Numbered from the stretch's first letter, positions 39,217 through 49,379 are shown. The stretch: DNA of 64,000 nt from Candidatus Nomurabacteria bacterium (GCA_020632375.1 JACKFR010000002.1:51995-115994), one strand, 5' to 3'. The notes: generated by a model not told the origin, from the sequence alone. Translations and numbers: made by a program.

Positions 39217-39948
39217 TTATCCAACAACTTTCCTCTGAGTTTTTTCAATTTTCTCAATCGCTTTTTGTGCAGCTTCTTCTTCGGCTTTTTGCTTGCTAGT
39301 TCCTTCTCCTCTTCCCCATTCTTTTTCGCCAATAAAGGCTGCCATTGTAAAGATTTTATCATGGTCAGGTCCAGATTCACCTACCGTTTTATAAATTGGA
39401 GTCATTTTATAAAGACTTTGTGCTATTTCTTGAAATTTTGTTTTTGCGTCAATGTCTAATCTTTTTTCTACGATTTCTTTAGTTAGCGGAGACAGGCATC
39501 TTAGTACAAAGTCTTTCGCAATATCGTAACCTTGGTCGAGATAGATTGCACCTAAGATCGCTTCGAATGCATTTGCGAGAAGATAGTCTTTGTCTCTACC
39601 CCCCGTCTCTTCCTCACCTTTTGACATATATAAATACCCCCCAACGTTTAATTGTCTGGAGAGACTTGCCAGAGTTTCTGTTTTAACAGAGGCCGCTCTG
39701 AAACTAGTCAAATCACCTTCGGGTTTATCAAGATAGTTATGGAATAAGTGTTCAGAGACGATTAGCTCAAGAACAGCATCGCCGAGAAATTCTAACCTTT
39801 CGTTATGTTTTGGCTGATCTTCCCTGTTTTCATTTACATAAGATCTATGTGTAAGGGCTTTTTTAAGTAGATCAAGATCATTAAATTCAACTTTGATCGA
39901 CTCAGCAAATTCATTAAGCTTCTGATCTTTTTTTCTTTCTCTCTTCAT
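39217..39948 (-). CDS. rnc: Ribonuclease III
   Basis: RNase III signature ERLEFLGDAVLEL, plus a C-terminal dsRBD. Confidence 0.9.
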   Translation of the reverse strand: MKRERKKDQKLNEFAESIKVEFNDLDLLKKALTHRSYVNENREDQPKHNERLEFLGDAVLELIVSEHLFHNYLDKPEGDLTSFRAASVKTETLASLSRQLNVGGYLYMSKGEEETGGRDKDYLLANAFEAILGAIYLDQGYDIAKDFVLRCLSPLTKEIVEKRLDIDAKTKFQEIAQSLYKMTPIYKTVGESGPDHDKIFTMAAFIGEKEWGRGEGTSKQKAEEEAAQKAIEKIEKTQRKVVG

Positions 39949-40360
39949 AAATTGCTCCTAACACGCCTCCAATAAATTTATCGCTTGTCTCCCCGCCAAA
40001 TTCTTTAGCTAGTTCAATTGCTTCGTCAATTGCGACTTTAGGGGGAGTCAAACCTCCAATGAAGCCTTCAAATACCGCAATCCGTAGAATCTGGAGATCA
40101 ACTTTTTTAATTTGATTAATGGGCCATTGAGGTGCAAACCTCGCTATCAGTTCATTAATTTTCACATTCTCTTTCTTAACGCCCTCTTTGAGCTTGGTTG
40201 CAAGATCTGTGTCAAAAACACTTATTTCATCGATTTCTACTAAGTCGAGATCTGTGAACTGTTGAGAGTCAATATTTTCAGATTCTCTATAGGATTCCTG
40301 GAATAAGGTCTGGAGGACAATTAGTCTTGCGTTATGTCTAGGGTCTTCTGGATTCTTCAT
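39914..40360 (-). CDS. nusB: Transcription antitermination factor NusB
   Basis: 148 aa. Has RHNARLIVLQTLFQ. Overlaps rnc. Confidence 0.7.
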   Translation of the reverse strand: MKNPEDPRHNARLIVLQTLFQESYRESENIDSQQFTDLDLVEIDEISVFDTDLATKLKEGVKKENVKINELIARFAPQWPINQIKKVDLQILRIAVFEGFIGGLTPPKVAIDEAIELAKEFGGETSDKFIGGVLGAIYEERKKKRSEA

Positions 40361-40368
40361 GCGGCAGA

Positions 40369-40596
40369 TTATTTAGCATTGATTTTCTTTTGCGAGTCAC
40401 TATCGGATTTCCCAGCTGCTGCCTTCGCGCTGTTTTTTACTTCTCCATAATGTCCGCAAAATGCACACTCAAAATGAGGTCTCTTGACTTTACCACACTT
40501 TGGGCACTTACTCATAGGAGGAGTATCCAGAGCGTCTTGTGCTCTTCTTCTATTTCGCCTCCCTTTAGAGATCTTTCTTTTTGGCTGTGCACCCAT
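40369..40596 (-). CDS. rpmF: 50S ribosomal protein L32
   Basis: 75 aa. Has KRKISKGRRNRRRAQDAL...CPKCG...C..CGHY. Confidence 0.8.
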   Translation of the reverse strand: MGAQPKRKISKGRRNRRRAQDALDTPPMSKCPKCGKVKRPHFECAFCGHYGEVKNSAKAAAGKSDSDSQKKINAK

Positions 40597-40882
40597 CTAA
40601 CTAAAAATTATTTTATTCATACATGCTGACGAGGCTATTATATGTAATTAGCGATTGCCCTGCAAGTGGAAATGATTATATTATATCGTTTATTATGGGG
40701 AGAAGAGACCTGCTACGGGCTGGAGTCGTTGAACCCTATAAGGTACGTATCTTCGCTAGTACTGTAGGATGTCGACCGACTGTTAGTAGCTCTTATCTGG
40801 TCTAAATATAAATTTCTCCCTTTATATAGCTAATGTCCTATATACTTGATTATATTTGGTCTTTATTGTAGAATGCTTTGGT

Positions 40883-41155
40883 ATGGATAATTTAGTTTTA
40901 CAAAGAATTCGTGATTTTCTGAAATCTCAAGGGGTAAGTGAAGATAGCCCTAACTTTGAGATGCTATTCAACAAAACTCTTTCGACTTTTCTTGGGTATG
41001 TCAGTACAAAATACAATAATCTTGAAATAGAAGGTTTAGTAGACGATATTTTAAACCGAGTCGATCTTAAAAAAGTAGAACAGAAAATAGAAGCTATAAA
41101 ATTAACTGAAAAAGAACAGATAAATTTATTAGAAGAATTTCTTAATGAGATTTGA
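40883..41155 (+). CDS. Hypothetical small protein.
   Basis: The track ORF starts at a TTG at 40856; the first ATG is at 40883 (MDNLVLQRI...). Confidence 0.35.
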   Translation: MDNLVLQRIRDFLKSQGVSEDSPNFEMLFNKTLSTFLGYVSTKYNNLEIEGLVDDILNRVDLKKVEQKIEAIKLTEKEQINLLEEFLNEI

Positions 41156-42134
41156 TCCTTATCTTACTGTCTCAGAAGGTTATCTATATACAAATTCTCC
41201 AGATAGATGGGTCAGTGAACCCACTCCTGCTGAAAGCAAGCTCTTTGGTGGTTTAGATAAGCTCAGGGAAGGGTTGCCCAGCTTCAATGTAAAGCGTGTT
41301 GCTGGTAATGCAATCTTGCTTGGTGGATTGGGACTTCTTTTCTTTGCTTTACCTAGTATTGCAGAAGCATATGGTGCTCCAAACGATCCTCTGTGCCAAC
41401 GGATTCAAATTGCCGTAACAGAGGGAGGAATTCCTCATGATGTTGTCGAAAAACAGATGCCGAATTATCCTGCAGTCTGTGATGATGATAATCCACAGCA
41501 ATTAACTGCACCTCCTAACCCTGGCGTACATCCAGTATCCCTAGCTTCCGGTCACAGTTCAGGTGGCGAAGCGATAACTCCTCCAGATGGTATAGACACT
41601 ATTGGATCTACTGGAGCTTCGGTTGTGAATGTCTTTTATGGATATCAATTTCGTCCTGATGACGAATTTTCTGATCCTGAATCTCCTGGATACGGTGTTC
41701 TCGGTGGAATCAATGTTTTGGATGTGCCTGTTCTTAGCGGCGCCTCCAAACTTGCTTTTAGAGGCTTGATGCAAAAAGTATTCACGGGGGAGGCAGATCC
41801 TGACAATCCTGTTGCTCAAGCATATAACAGAGGTGAGGTCTGTTTAGTTGCATATCCGCTAGACGCTGACGATAATGCAACCGTGCATCGTATAGATTCA
41901 GTCAATAGAGCAAAGAATCCATTGGGATCGTCGTCCCTGGTTGATGGTGAAGCAACTCTGTACTATCATTTATTCGGCTTTTGGAAAGATGGCTCATCAG
42001 GCATTTCATCTGATTATAGCGAAATTCCTGCGGGGAGAAGACTAGTGATTTGTGATATCGATGCTGCTTTAGGCAAAAAGACAGCAAATTCTCCTTCAGG
42101 AAACTCAGAAGCGTTCGTGACCGGCGGCAACTAA
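41145..42134 (+). CDS. Hypothetical membrane-anchored extracytoplasmic protein.
   Basis: 329 aa. One TM (AILLGGLGLLFFALPSIAEA). GC is higher than the surroundings. Confidence 0.5.
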   Translation: MRFDPYLTVSEGYLYTNSPDRWVSEPTPAESKLFGGLDKLREGLPSFNVKRVAGNAILLGGLGLLFFALPSIAEAYGAPNDPLCQRIQIAVTEGGIPHDVVEKQMPNYPAVCDDDNPQQLTAPPNPGVHPVSLASGHSSGGEAITPPDGIDTIGSTGASVVNVFYGYQFRPDDEFSDPESPGYGVLGGINVLDVPVLSGASKLAFRGLMQKVFTGEADPDNPVAQAYNRGEVCLVAYPLDADDNATVHRIDSVNRAKNPLGSSSLVDGEATLYYHLFGFWKDGSSGISSDYSEIPAGRRLVICDIDAALGKKTANSPSGNSEAFVTGGN

Positions 42135-44848
42135 TCTCTCAACCAGCTTTCTCTGATAATGACCTGGCTTCCAGAAGTTAGCTTATTGCGGATAATTTCA
42201 TCCGACACTTTCGACTCAATCCTGTCTTGTATAAACCTTTGAATTGGTCTTGCACCCATGCCAGGCTCTTGTGCTTTGTCGGCAATTAACATTGGGATAG
42301 ACTCATCCCATTCGAGAGAGATTCCTCTCTTCCCTATTCTTTCAGCTAGCTTGTTAAGCAAGAGCTTGGTTATTTTAACAAGATTGTTTATGTTGTGCGG
42401 TGAGAAAACGATGATTTTATCGAATCTGTTTAGCAACTCTGGTCTTAGAGCGCCTCTTAGTTCAAGCAGTGCGTTTTGTTTGGCTTCATCCCACATTGTA
42501 TGGTCACGCTCAAGCGCTTGAAGCAGCTTAAGGCTGCCGATATTGCTTGTCGCTATAATGATAGTGTTTGTGAAATTGACCGCTTCACCAGTATTACTTG
42601 TAAGTCGTCCTTCATCGAAAAGTTGCAAAAATAAGTCTAAAATCTGAGGGTTCGCTTTTTCAATTTCATCCAGGAGAACGACTGTGTATGGAGTTGCTTT
42701 TACTTTATCAAGAAGCGTTACTTCAGTCTGTCCAGAGTTAGATGTATTTGTCGTTCCAAGAATTTTGCTAACGCTGTTTACTTCCTGATATTCAGAAAGA
42801 TCAAGTCTGATGATTTTTTCATCGCCTCCGAAAAATTCTTCTGCAATGACTTTAGACAAATATGTTTTACCGGTACCGGTTGGTCCCATAAAGAGGAAGA
42901 CACCAATAGGTTTACTGGGATCTCTGATATCAGTTCTCGCACGTTTAAGAGACTCTACAACAGCATTCACCGCTTCATCCTGCCCTATTACTTTCTCTTT
43001 GATTCTGTTTTCTAAATCTATTAGTGTGGTTGCCTCTTCCGCTGTTATGTTTTCTACTGGAATATTAGTTTGCAAAGCGACAGATTTTGCTACATCTGAA
43101 TTTGTAAGCTTTTTGAGTCCTTGAGACTGTGCCCATGAAACAGCAGATTCGATTGTATTTACTGCGCTGTCAGGAAGTTTTCGGTTTGTCACATAACGCT
43201 GTGACAGCTCTATCGCTGCCGTCAGTGAGGGGAATGTAACATATATTCCGTAATTTCTTTCGAGATCTTTAATTTTAGTCTCAAGGATTCTTAGAGTGTC
43301 TGCGGGTGGGAGTTCGCTTATCTCGATATTTTCAAAGCTAGAACGAAGTGACTCACTGCTATAAAAGTATTTCTTATAATCTGCGTAGTTGATTGACCCC
43401 ACGATCGGAAATTTCCCTTCAAGGATATAAGGCAGGAGTATCCCCGCAAGTGAGTGGCCTGACTCTTCCGCTTTTGCTGGGACTATTTCTTGAATTTCGT
43501 CTATATACAGAATTACGTTTCCGGCTTTTTCTAGTTCATTCATTGATTGCTGTACAAGAGTCTCTACAGACTTTTCTGAATTGGACATAGCAATTAAACC
43601 GTTCAGGTCTAGTTGAATAATTCGCTTACCGTTTATTTGAAGTGGTGTATCGCCAGAGTTAATACGCTGTGCGATTCCTTTAATGATGCTCGACTTCCCT
43701 ACTCCAGGTTCACCGACTAGCAATGCATTGTTTTTTGAGAGCTTTCCCAAAACCGAAAGGAGTTCGTCTATCTCTCTGGCATGACCAATACCATATTTGA
43801 CTCTTTCCTGCATTACCTCTTGGGTAATGTCTTTACTGAATTTATTAAGCACAAATGTGTATCCGTAAACCCACTGACGTGCTATTCCTCCTTTTGGATA
43901 AAATGGTGCGGAGAGATCAAAGTAGTTTGCTTCACGTGTTTTTCTTTCTTCCTCAATTTCATTCCAGACTATTTCACGAAGAAGCTCAATAGAAGAGTTC
44001 TGCTTCGATACGTATTTCTGAAGAGCTGGAAAAGTCTTCATATATGCAAGAAAGACATGGCGTGGCTGTATGTTAGGGCTATTGGTTAATATTGCTTCTT
44101 CAAGACTGTAGATAATGACGCTCCGCACTGAAGGAAGTGGATACTCGGGCATTGTTTGTTGGTTTATTTCGTGCCTTGATAGACTTTCAAGATTTAGGTC
44201 GAGGTCTGCTCTTTTAATTATCTCTTGAATATTTTCATACAGAAGGAGTTCCTTAAATAATTCAAAAGTTTGTACACCCTGTGTGGAGATATATGGCACA
44301 AGAAGCTTCTGAGATGCTTCATCTAAATAGTGGACTGCTTTTAAAAGCTTGTATCTTGCGAATTCAATGCCTGTATTCTGGATTACAGTGGTTGTCTTCT
44401 GGTCTATCTTTCCGGATTGAGGAAGTTTTACCGGATGGGTCTTAGTCCTAAAGTAATCATGCCATAAAACAATTACACAGACTACCGACACCCAAAAGAA
44501 AAAGCTAAGTAAGGATGTTGAGAATGTGTCTGAGAAAAGGTTTAATAATTGATTAAACCTCAAATTCGAGAGCATGTATGCGATCGATACGAGCAATCCT
44601 GGGAGGATAAAGATCTGAGCCGCTTTATTCTTTGCACTGTTAAAAATATTGAGTGCTTTGTAGTTGTTGACAAGAGTTGTTATATCTTTCGTTGAGATAC
44701 TGTAATGATGCTTGTCTGTTATAAGAAATGGAGAGTAGTTTTCTTCTACTAAGATTGGCAATTGTGCACTGATCAAAGCGTATTGGTTAACGCCTTTATC
44801 GTGATATCCCAAAATAGTGCGGTTGTTTCTGTCTCCGACTTGTATCAT
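42131..44848 (-). CDS. ClpA/ClpB-family double-ring AAA+ ATPase with an N-terminal transmembrane region replacing the Clp_N domain.
   Basis: 905 aa. D1 Walker A LVGEPGVGKSSIIKGIAQRI. D2 FLFMGPTGTGKTYLSKVIAEEF...IRLDLSEYQE and RPELLNRFDKIIVFSP. The N-terminal 150 aa contain 2-3 hydrophobic helices (e.g. AAQIFILPGLLVSIAYMLSNL and LLSFFFWVSVVCVIVLW). Confidence 0.8.
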   Translation of the reverse strand: MIQVGDRNNRTILGYHDKGVNQYALISAQLPILVEENYSPFLITDKHHYSISTKDITTLVNNYKALNIFNSAKNKAAQIFILPGLLVSIAYMLSNLRFNQLLNLFSDTFSTSLLSFFFWVSVVCVIVLWHDYFRTKTHPVKLPQSGKIDQKTTTVIQNTGIEFARYKLLKAVHYLDEASQKLLVPYISTQGVQTFELFKELLLYENIQEIIKRADLDLNLESLSRHEINQQTMPEYPLPSVRSVIIYSLEEAILTNSPNIQPRHVFLAYMKTFPALQKYVSKQNSSIELLREIVWNEIEEERKTREANYFDLSAPFYPKGGIARQWVYGYTFVLNKFSKDITQEVMQERVKYGIGHAREIDELLSVLGKLSKNNALLVGEPGVGKSSIIKGIAQRINSGDTPLQINGKRIIQLDLNGLIAMSNSEKSVETLVQQSMNELEKAGNVILYIDEIQEIVPAKAEESGHSLAGILLPYILEGKFPIVGSINYADYKKYFYSSESLRSSFENIEISELPPADTLRILETKIKDLERNYGIYVTFPSLTAAIELSQRYVTNRKLPDSAVNTIESAVSWAQSQGLKKLTNSDVAKSVALQTNIPVENITAEEATTLIDLENRIKEKVIGQDEAVNAVVESLKRARTDIRDPSKPIGVFLFMGPTGTGKTYLSKVIAEEFFGGDEKIIRLDLSEYQEVNSVSKILGTTNTSNSGQTEVTLLDKVKATPYTVVLLDEIEKANPQILDLFLQLFDEGRLTSNTGEAVNFTNTIIIATSNIGSLKLLQALERDHTMWDEAKQNALLELRGALRPELLNRFDKIIVFSPHNINNLVKITKLLLNKLAERIGKRGISLEWDESIPMLIADKAQEPGMGARPIQRFIQDRIESKVSDEIIRNKLTSGSQVIIRESWLRD

Positions 44849-44849
44849 A

Positions 44850-45278
44850 TTATTTGATGAGCGGGCTTAAAATTACCATTACTACAGAAAGTAGAGGCAG
44901 CAGGATCCATCCAAAAATAAATGCCGCATAGCCCACAACGACAATCATAAATGCAGTAAAAGCGATTGGAATATACAGGACTCTCATCGAGATCCCAATA
45001 AAATATCCTACAAATTTGTAATCACGATGCCACGGTACGAGAAAACTCTTTACGAGAAGGCCTAGAGATAACTGGTCATTAACAACTTGCAATGTTCTCT
45101 TATACTTTTGTAGGTAAAAAATAGGCATCTGGATATACCACCAGAAAAAGAAATCCTGTATAACAAATGCAGTTAACTTTAAAAGTGAATTGTATTTTGT
45201 CAGATCTGCATCCGCAAAAACAGGGCTGAAAGTCTGAGCGTTTTCGACTCCTTCATTTTTTACAGATTGAGCTTGCAT
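44850..45278 (-). CDS. Small polytopic membrane protein, translationally coupled to the Clp-like ATPase.
   Basis: 142 aa. Its stop is 1 nt from the start of the downstream AAA+ gene. Confidence 0.5.
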   Translation of the reverse strand: MQAQSVKNEGVENAQTFSPVFADADLTKYNSLLKLTAFVIQDFFFWWYIQMPIFYLQKYKRTLQVVNDQLSLGLLVKSFLVPWHRDYKFVGYFIGISMRVLYIPIAFTAFMIVVVGYAAFIFGWILLPLLSVVMVILSPLIK

Positions 45279-45369
45279 GGGCAGTAAGGTTTCTATTTCA
45301 AATTTTCTCAGAAATATTGTACACGAAAAGGCTCTGTTTTACAGCTACTTAAGCCTAGAATCCACAGTT

Positions 45370-45378
45370 TGGTATAAT
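45370..45378 (+). promoter_or_regulatory. Extended -10 promoter (TGgTATAAT) 5 nt upstream of the ATG, suggesting a leaderless transcript.
   Basis: Sequence tttggtataatctgcgATG. There is no SD. Confidence 0.3.
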
Positions 45379-45383
45379 CTGCG

Positions 45384-45851
45384 ATGGCAGTTACACAATT
45401 TCGAGACTTTCTACAAAAGAGATCGTTAGATATAAAAGTTATTGAGTCAGATAGCTCAACTCATACAGCTCAACAAGCTGCAGATGTTCATAGTGTTCCT
45501 GTATCAAATATAGTTAAATCACTCCTCTGCACTGATGGGGAAGTCTTTTATATGATTCTGACGCCTGGAGACAAGAGACTAGATTTGGAGATGTGGGCCA
45601 AGAATCTTGGTCTAAGCGATTTTCGCATGGCTAATCCGGACGAAGTTAAAAAAATGACAGGCTATTCTATTGGCGGAGTTCCTCCATTTGGGCATTTGAA
45701 TGCTATGAAGATCTATATTGAAAATGGGTTTAATCCCGAAGAGAAACTTGTTGCAGCTGCAGGTTCGTCAAATGCTGTTTTTGAGATTTCTTTTACTGAT
45801 CTGAATGAAATAGTAAACCTGCTTAACTCTGAAGTCGATCATGAAGAGTAA
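45384..45851 (+). CDS. YbaK/ProX-type aminoacyl-tRNA deacylase domain protein.
   Basis: 155 aa. Has GYSIGGVPPFGH and a conserved Lys (NIVKSLL). Confidence 0.65.
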   Translation: MAVTQFRDFLQKRSLDIKVIESDSSTHTAQQAADVHSVPVSNIVKSLLCTDGEVFYMILTPGDKRLDLEMWAKNLGLSDFRMANPDEVKKMTGYSIGGVPPFGHLNAMKIYIENGFNPEEKLVAAAGSSNAVFEISFTDLNEIVNLLNSEVDHEE

Positions 45852-46809
45852 ACGATCATTTTGGAAAGAACTACCCTCACCTTTTTGGTCGCTTGCACCA
45901 ATGGAAGATGTAACTGATACCGTATTTAGACAGATTGTAATCAGCTGTGGGAGGCCACATGTACTTTTTACTGAATTTACCAGTGTAGAAGGGCTTGATT
46001 CTGAAGGAAAAGAAAAAGTCTCGTACCGTCTCAAGTATGAGACGAACGAGCATCCTATTGTTGCACAAATTTGGGGAACAACCCCTGAAGCACATTTTAA
46101 AGCTGCGAGCCTGATCCGAGAGCTTGGATTTGATGGCGTAGATATAAATATGGGGTGTCCGGTAAAGAAAATTGTAAAACAAGGTGCCTGCTCTGCTTTG
46201 ATAGAGAATCACGAGCTTGCAAGAGAGATTGTTGTCGCAACGAAGGAAGGTGCGAAAAACTTACCCGTCAGCGTAAAGACGAGAATAGGTTTTAAAAGGA
46301 GGGTTACTAAAGAATGGGCGGGCTTTCTTCTATCACTTGGGTTAGATGCGCTTACTATTCACGGGCGGATTGCGGCAGAGATGTCCAAAACCCCAGCAAA
46401 TTGGGAAGAGATCGGTAAAGTAGTTAGACTTCGGAACCAGATGGGAGTTGATACACCGATTGTTGGCAATGGAGATGTAATGAATCTTTTGCAAGCTCAA
46501 GAGCTGGTAGATAAATACAGAGTTGATGGTATTATGTTCGGTCGAGCAATCTTCAAAAACCCTTGGCTTTTTAATAGTGCTGTCAATATAGCAGATATTG
46601 GAGTATCTACCAAACTTGACTTGCTTAGAAGACACGCTCTCATGTTTGAAGAGACTTGGGGATGTTTAAAAAACTTTGACCTGATGAAGAAATTCTTTAA
46701 GGTCTATGTGAGCGATTTTGCAGGGTCATCTGATTTACGAAATACTCTCATGAATTGTAAAAATAGCAACGAGGTTATTTCTGTGATTGATCTCTACATA
46801 AACAGATAG
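45841..46809 (+). CDS. dus: tRNA-dihydrouridine synthase
   Basis: Has APMEDVTD, DINMGCPVKKIVKQGACSAL, and a TIM-barrel with a C-terminal helical domain. Confidence 0.85.
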   Translation: MKSKRSFWKELPSPFWSLAPMEDVTDTVFRQIVISCGRPHVLFTEFTSVEGLDSEGKEKVSYRLKYETNEHPIVAQIWGTTPEAHFKAASLIRELGFDGVDINMGCPVKKIVKQGACSALIENHELAREIVVATKEGAKNLPVSVKTRIGFKRRVTKEWAGFLLSLGLDALTIHGRIAAEMSKTPANWEEIGKVVRLRNQMGVDTPIVGNGDVMNLLQAQELVDKYRVDGIMFGRAIFKNPWLFNSAVNIADIGVSTKLDLLRRHALMFEETWGCLKNFDLMKKFFKVYVSDFAGSSDLRNTLMNCKNSNEVISVIDLYINR

Positions 46810-46960
46810 TTGATCTCTCTATGGCAATTAGCGTTGTTTTTATTTTCTGTTAGAGGAGTATGAATCAACTGTGTAAGGGTTTTCTACTAAGTGGTGATTT
46901 TTACTTTGATTGAGTACAGGCTTGCACTAGAATATTGAGGCTAAGATGATATGAAACAGA

Positions 46961-47389
46961 ATGCCTCCGAAAATGCCTCAATTAGAGTCGACTGGAGTAG
47001 TTGATACAAGTACATTATCTTTTGTTCATAATGGAGCGATTTCCTATAGAGATGGTGTTTACAGTGCTAAGATTGGTCCGTTTGGTGGAATGTACCCTGT
47101 GTACTGTATGAACGGTGGCATCCCTTTTCTATACTGGAAAGACGGATTTGTTAATACTGGGGTATGGGGGCCTGAAGGATTCCTCGGAGAAGGTCCTGTT
47201 GTAGGCTTTGTCTGTGAACACGGCGATGTCAGACCATACACCGGTGGGTTTCTCATTCTTGCCGGAAAACACTCAATCGTTGAGGTTCCGCCTTTCTATA
47301 CTGGCTATGCAGGACAACACGCATTGACTCTTCAGGGCTTTTTCCCTGAAGGTGTTCTTACCCAAGCCATCTCTCTGTGTGCAAATTAA
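46961..47389 (+). CDS. Hypothetical protein
   Basis: 142-aa ORF, Gly/Pro-rich. Confidence 0.35.
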   Translation: MPPKMPQLESTGVVDTSTLSFVHNGAISYRDGVYSAKIGPFGGMYPVYCMNGGIPFLYWKDGFVNTGVWGPEGFLGEGPVVGFVCEHGDVRPYTGGFLILAGKHSIVEVPPFYTGYAGQHALTLQGFFPEGVLTQAISLCAN

Positions 47390-48588
47390 TAATGCTTTGT
47401 CGCAATAAACATCTCTCTCCCTTTTTCGACACCAAAGAAAAGCATTACGAACAACGCTGTGGTTAGTACGACATAAATATATGTTTCTCCGCCATCAATT
47501 ACTGAGCCGGCAAAGCCAATGATACTCTGAGGACGATAAGTAATCTCTTGTTTTATTATTGTGGCATCACCATTGGAGAATTTAACCAGGATGACTACTT
47601 CGTTTTGTCCTTCATTTAGTTTGAAGATATGTTCAAAGCTCCCATCTTCTTCCGGCGACATGGTGAATTTTTCTTCTTCACCACTTAGATTTATAGTAAC
47701 TTGTGAGTCAAGATCGCCTACCCTACCTCTAATCGGGTACTCTGCTGTTTTTGTGTCGATGCTATCCGGAGTTTCGATTACAAGATTGGGCTTGACTATA
47801 TAAGTCGAGAAGCCCGCTACATCAAAGCTTACAATTTTGGCTTTAGAGGCGTAGTCCAGGTTGATCTGTTCTGAGTCGAGCTCTGTGTTATCTCGATAAA
47901 CAGAGAATTCATTAGGAACAAGATTCTGATTGTATATGCTCACCCGCGCACGTTTATTTAACTGTGGCAGATTTTCAGAATCAACATAGACTTTCCCCTT
48001 TTCGATTTTTATATATTTCGACAACTCTGCAAATTTTTGTGCAATATCTTCTCCTGAAAGATCTACCTCTTCAGTGAATTGAATCATCCCGAAAAGTACG
48101 TCTTCGATTATAAAGTTTTTGAAATGTGCTGCTTCTTCATTTGTAAGGTTGCTTAAATCAGATGTCCTTGAGGATGAATTCTTAAAGACTGAGCTTAACA
48201 CTACTGATGAAATCGGTGCTAGATCTGTAAAGTTTGAGGTCGAGCTTGTAGATGTGTCACTGGTCTTGCTGCTTGATGAGGAGTTCTTCTTTGTAGTGCT
48301 TGAAGTTCCTGTACTGTCTTGTTGGTCTGTAGAGTCGTTGTTTGTATTGTCTTCAGGTTGAATTGAATCATCTGTCTCATCAACCGGTGGTGTGCTCTCA
48401 TCAGGAGGCTCTTCGGGTGGTGGTTCCTCAGTCCCATCGCTTATCTTGACTCTTGTTTTTACGTTATCTGCAAGAGTTTTAGTTCTTAATTGATAGAAAA
48501 TTGAAAAAGATAATAAAAAGCTCAATGTGGTTACAAGCAGAAGTTTGTAGATCGTCCTCAGTTTTATTTGAAAGTTCACTTTAACCAT
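47386..48588 (-). CDS. Secreted Ser/Thr-rich protein with a C-terminal TM anchor.
   Basis: 400 aa. Signal peptide, an STS-rich low-complexity region and a C-terminal hydrophobic helix. Confidence 0.5.
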   Translation of the reverse strand: MVKVNFQIKLRTIYKLLLVTTLSFLLSFSIFYQLRTKTLADNVKTRVKISDGTEEPPPEEPPDESTPPVDETDDSIQPEDNTNNDSTDQQDSTGTSSTTKKNSSSSSKTSDTSTSSTSNFTDLAPISSVVLSSVFKNSSSRTSDLSNLTNEEAAHFKNFIIEDVLFGMIQFTEEVDLSGEDIAQKFAELSKYIKIEKGKVYVDSENLPQLNKRARVSIYNQNLVPNEFSVYRDNTELDSEQINLDYASKAKIVSFDVAGFSTYIVKPNLVIETPDSIDTKTAEYPIRGRVGDLDSQVTINLSGEEEKFTMSPEEDGSFEHIFKLNEGQNEVVILVKFSNGDATIIKQEITYRPQSIIGFAGSVIDGGETYIYVVLTTALFVMLFFGVEKGREMFIATKHY

Positions 48589-48690
48589 GGCAGTTTCCTA
48601 CCGATATTGTATCTTGGGGTGAGATGCGGAGCAAGGAGAGATTTTAGCCAGATTTAACTTCAAAATCTTTTGTCAGGGATTGCTGATTAT

Positions 48691-49338
48691 CTAGGATTCA
48701 TCAGCCTCAGTGGGAAGTGCTTCAGCCTTGTAAAATGAATACTTTATTATTTGCATAAGCTGAAGCATCTCAATAGGGCTGACTTTGCCTGGAATGTTAG
48801 AATTGTATTGACAATTTTGTCGAAAATAATCGTCCCATGTCATTCCTCCTAATGCGTTTGATTTAACTCTTTCGCCACCAAAAGTTAGCCGGTCAAGTAA
48901 TTTATGGTTGATAACGTGAAGTCCTTGATGGAGTCTTACATTCGTATTACGAATGACAACTCTAAGGGTGTTTGTCATTATTGCAAGGGTTATTATGAGA
49001 GCATGTGCCTCAGGTTTAAGGGTATCGACTTCGTCTGGGTCCTGAAACCAATCGTCTGGAATAACGACTCCAACTTCTCTCAGCCATATAGCCTTTTCTG
49101 TGTCGTGATTTGACCCGAATGAGCTGATTCCTGGTGGATTTGAAGCTTCACTGAGCTTTCCGTAACGTTCAGGGTCTAGATTTTTCATAAATACTTGTGT
49201 ATATAGCTCACCAAGTAGGTGTCTTCTAATCGCATCTTGATCTTCGGGGCTTGTCGTGTGAGCTCCTTGCCATGCTTCTGGATTGAAGCATTCTACTAGG
49301 GGCATAACATCAGGTGATTTCTCTAGCTGACGATCCAT
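48691..49338 (-). CDS. Hypothetical protein
   Basis: 215-aa ORF. Confidence 0.45.
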   Translation of the reverse strand: MDRQLEKSPDVMPLVECFNPEAWQGAHTTSPEDQDAIRRHLLGELYTQVFMKNLDPERYGKLSEASNPPGISSFGSNHDTEKAIWLREVGVVIPDDWFQDPDEVDTLKPEAHALIITLAIMTNTLRVVIRNTNVRLHQGLHVINHKLLDRLTFGGERVKSNALGGMTWDDYFRQNCQYNSNIPGKVSPIEMLQLMQIIKYSFYKAEALPTEADES

Positions 49339-49379
49339 AGTAAATAAGTTGATAAATTATTTACCCACAGGAACTGACA

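Noticed and set aside
40390-40805. Plus-strand ORFs 40390..40629 and 40623..40805.
   Set aside because: The first is antisense to rpmF and the second lies in the noncoding leader. Neither has a start context or conserved-looking sequence.
47386-48588. C-terminal tail of the S/T-rich protein as a sortase sorting signal.
   Set aside because: It has a hydrophobic helix and a charged tail but no LPxTG/PxxTG-like motif upstream. It is more likely a simple C-terminal TM anchor.
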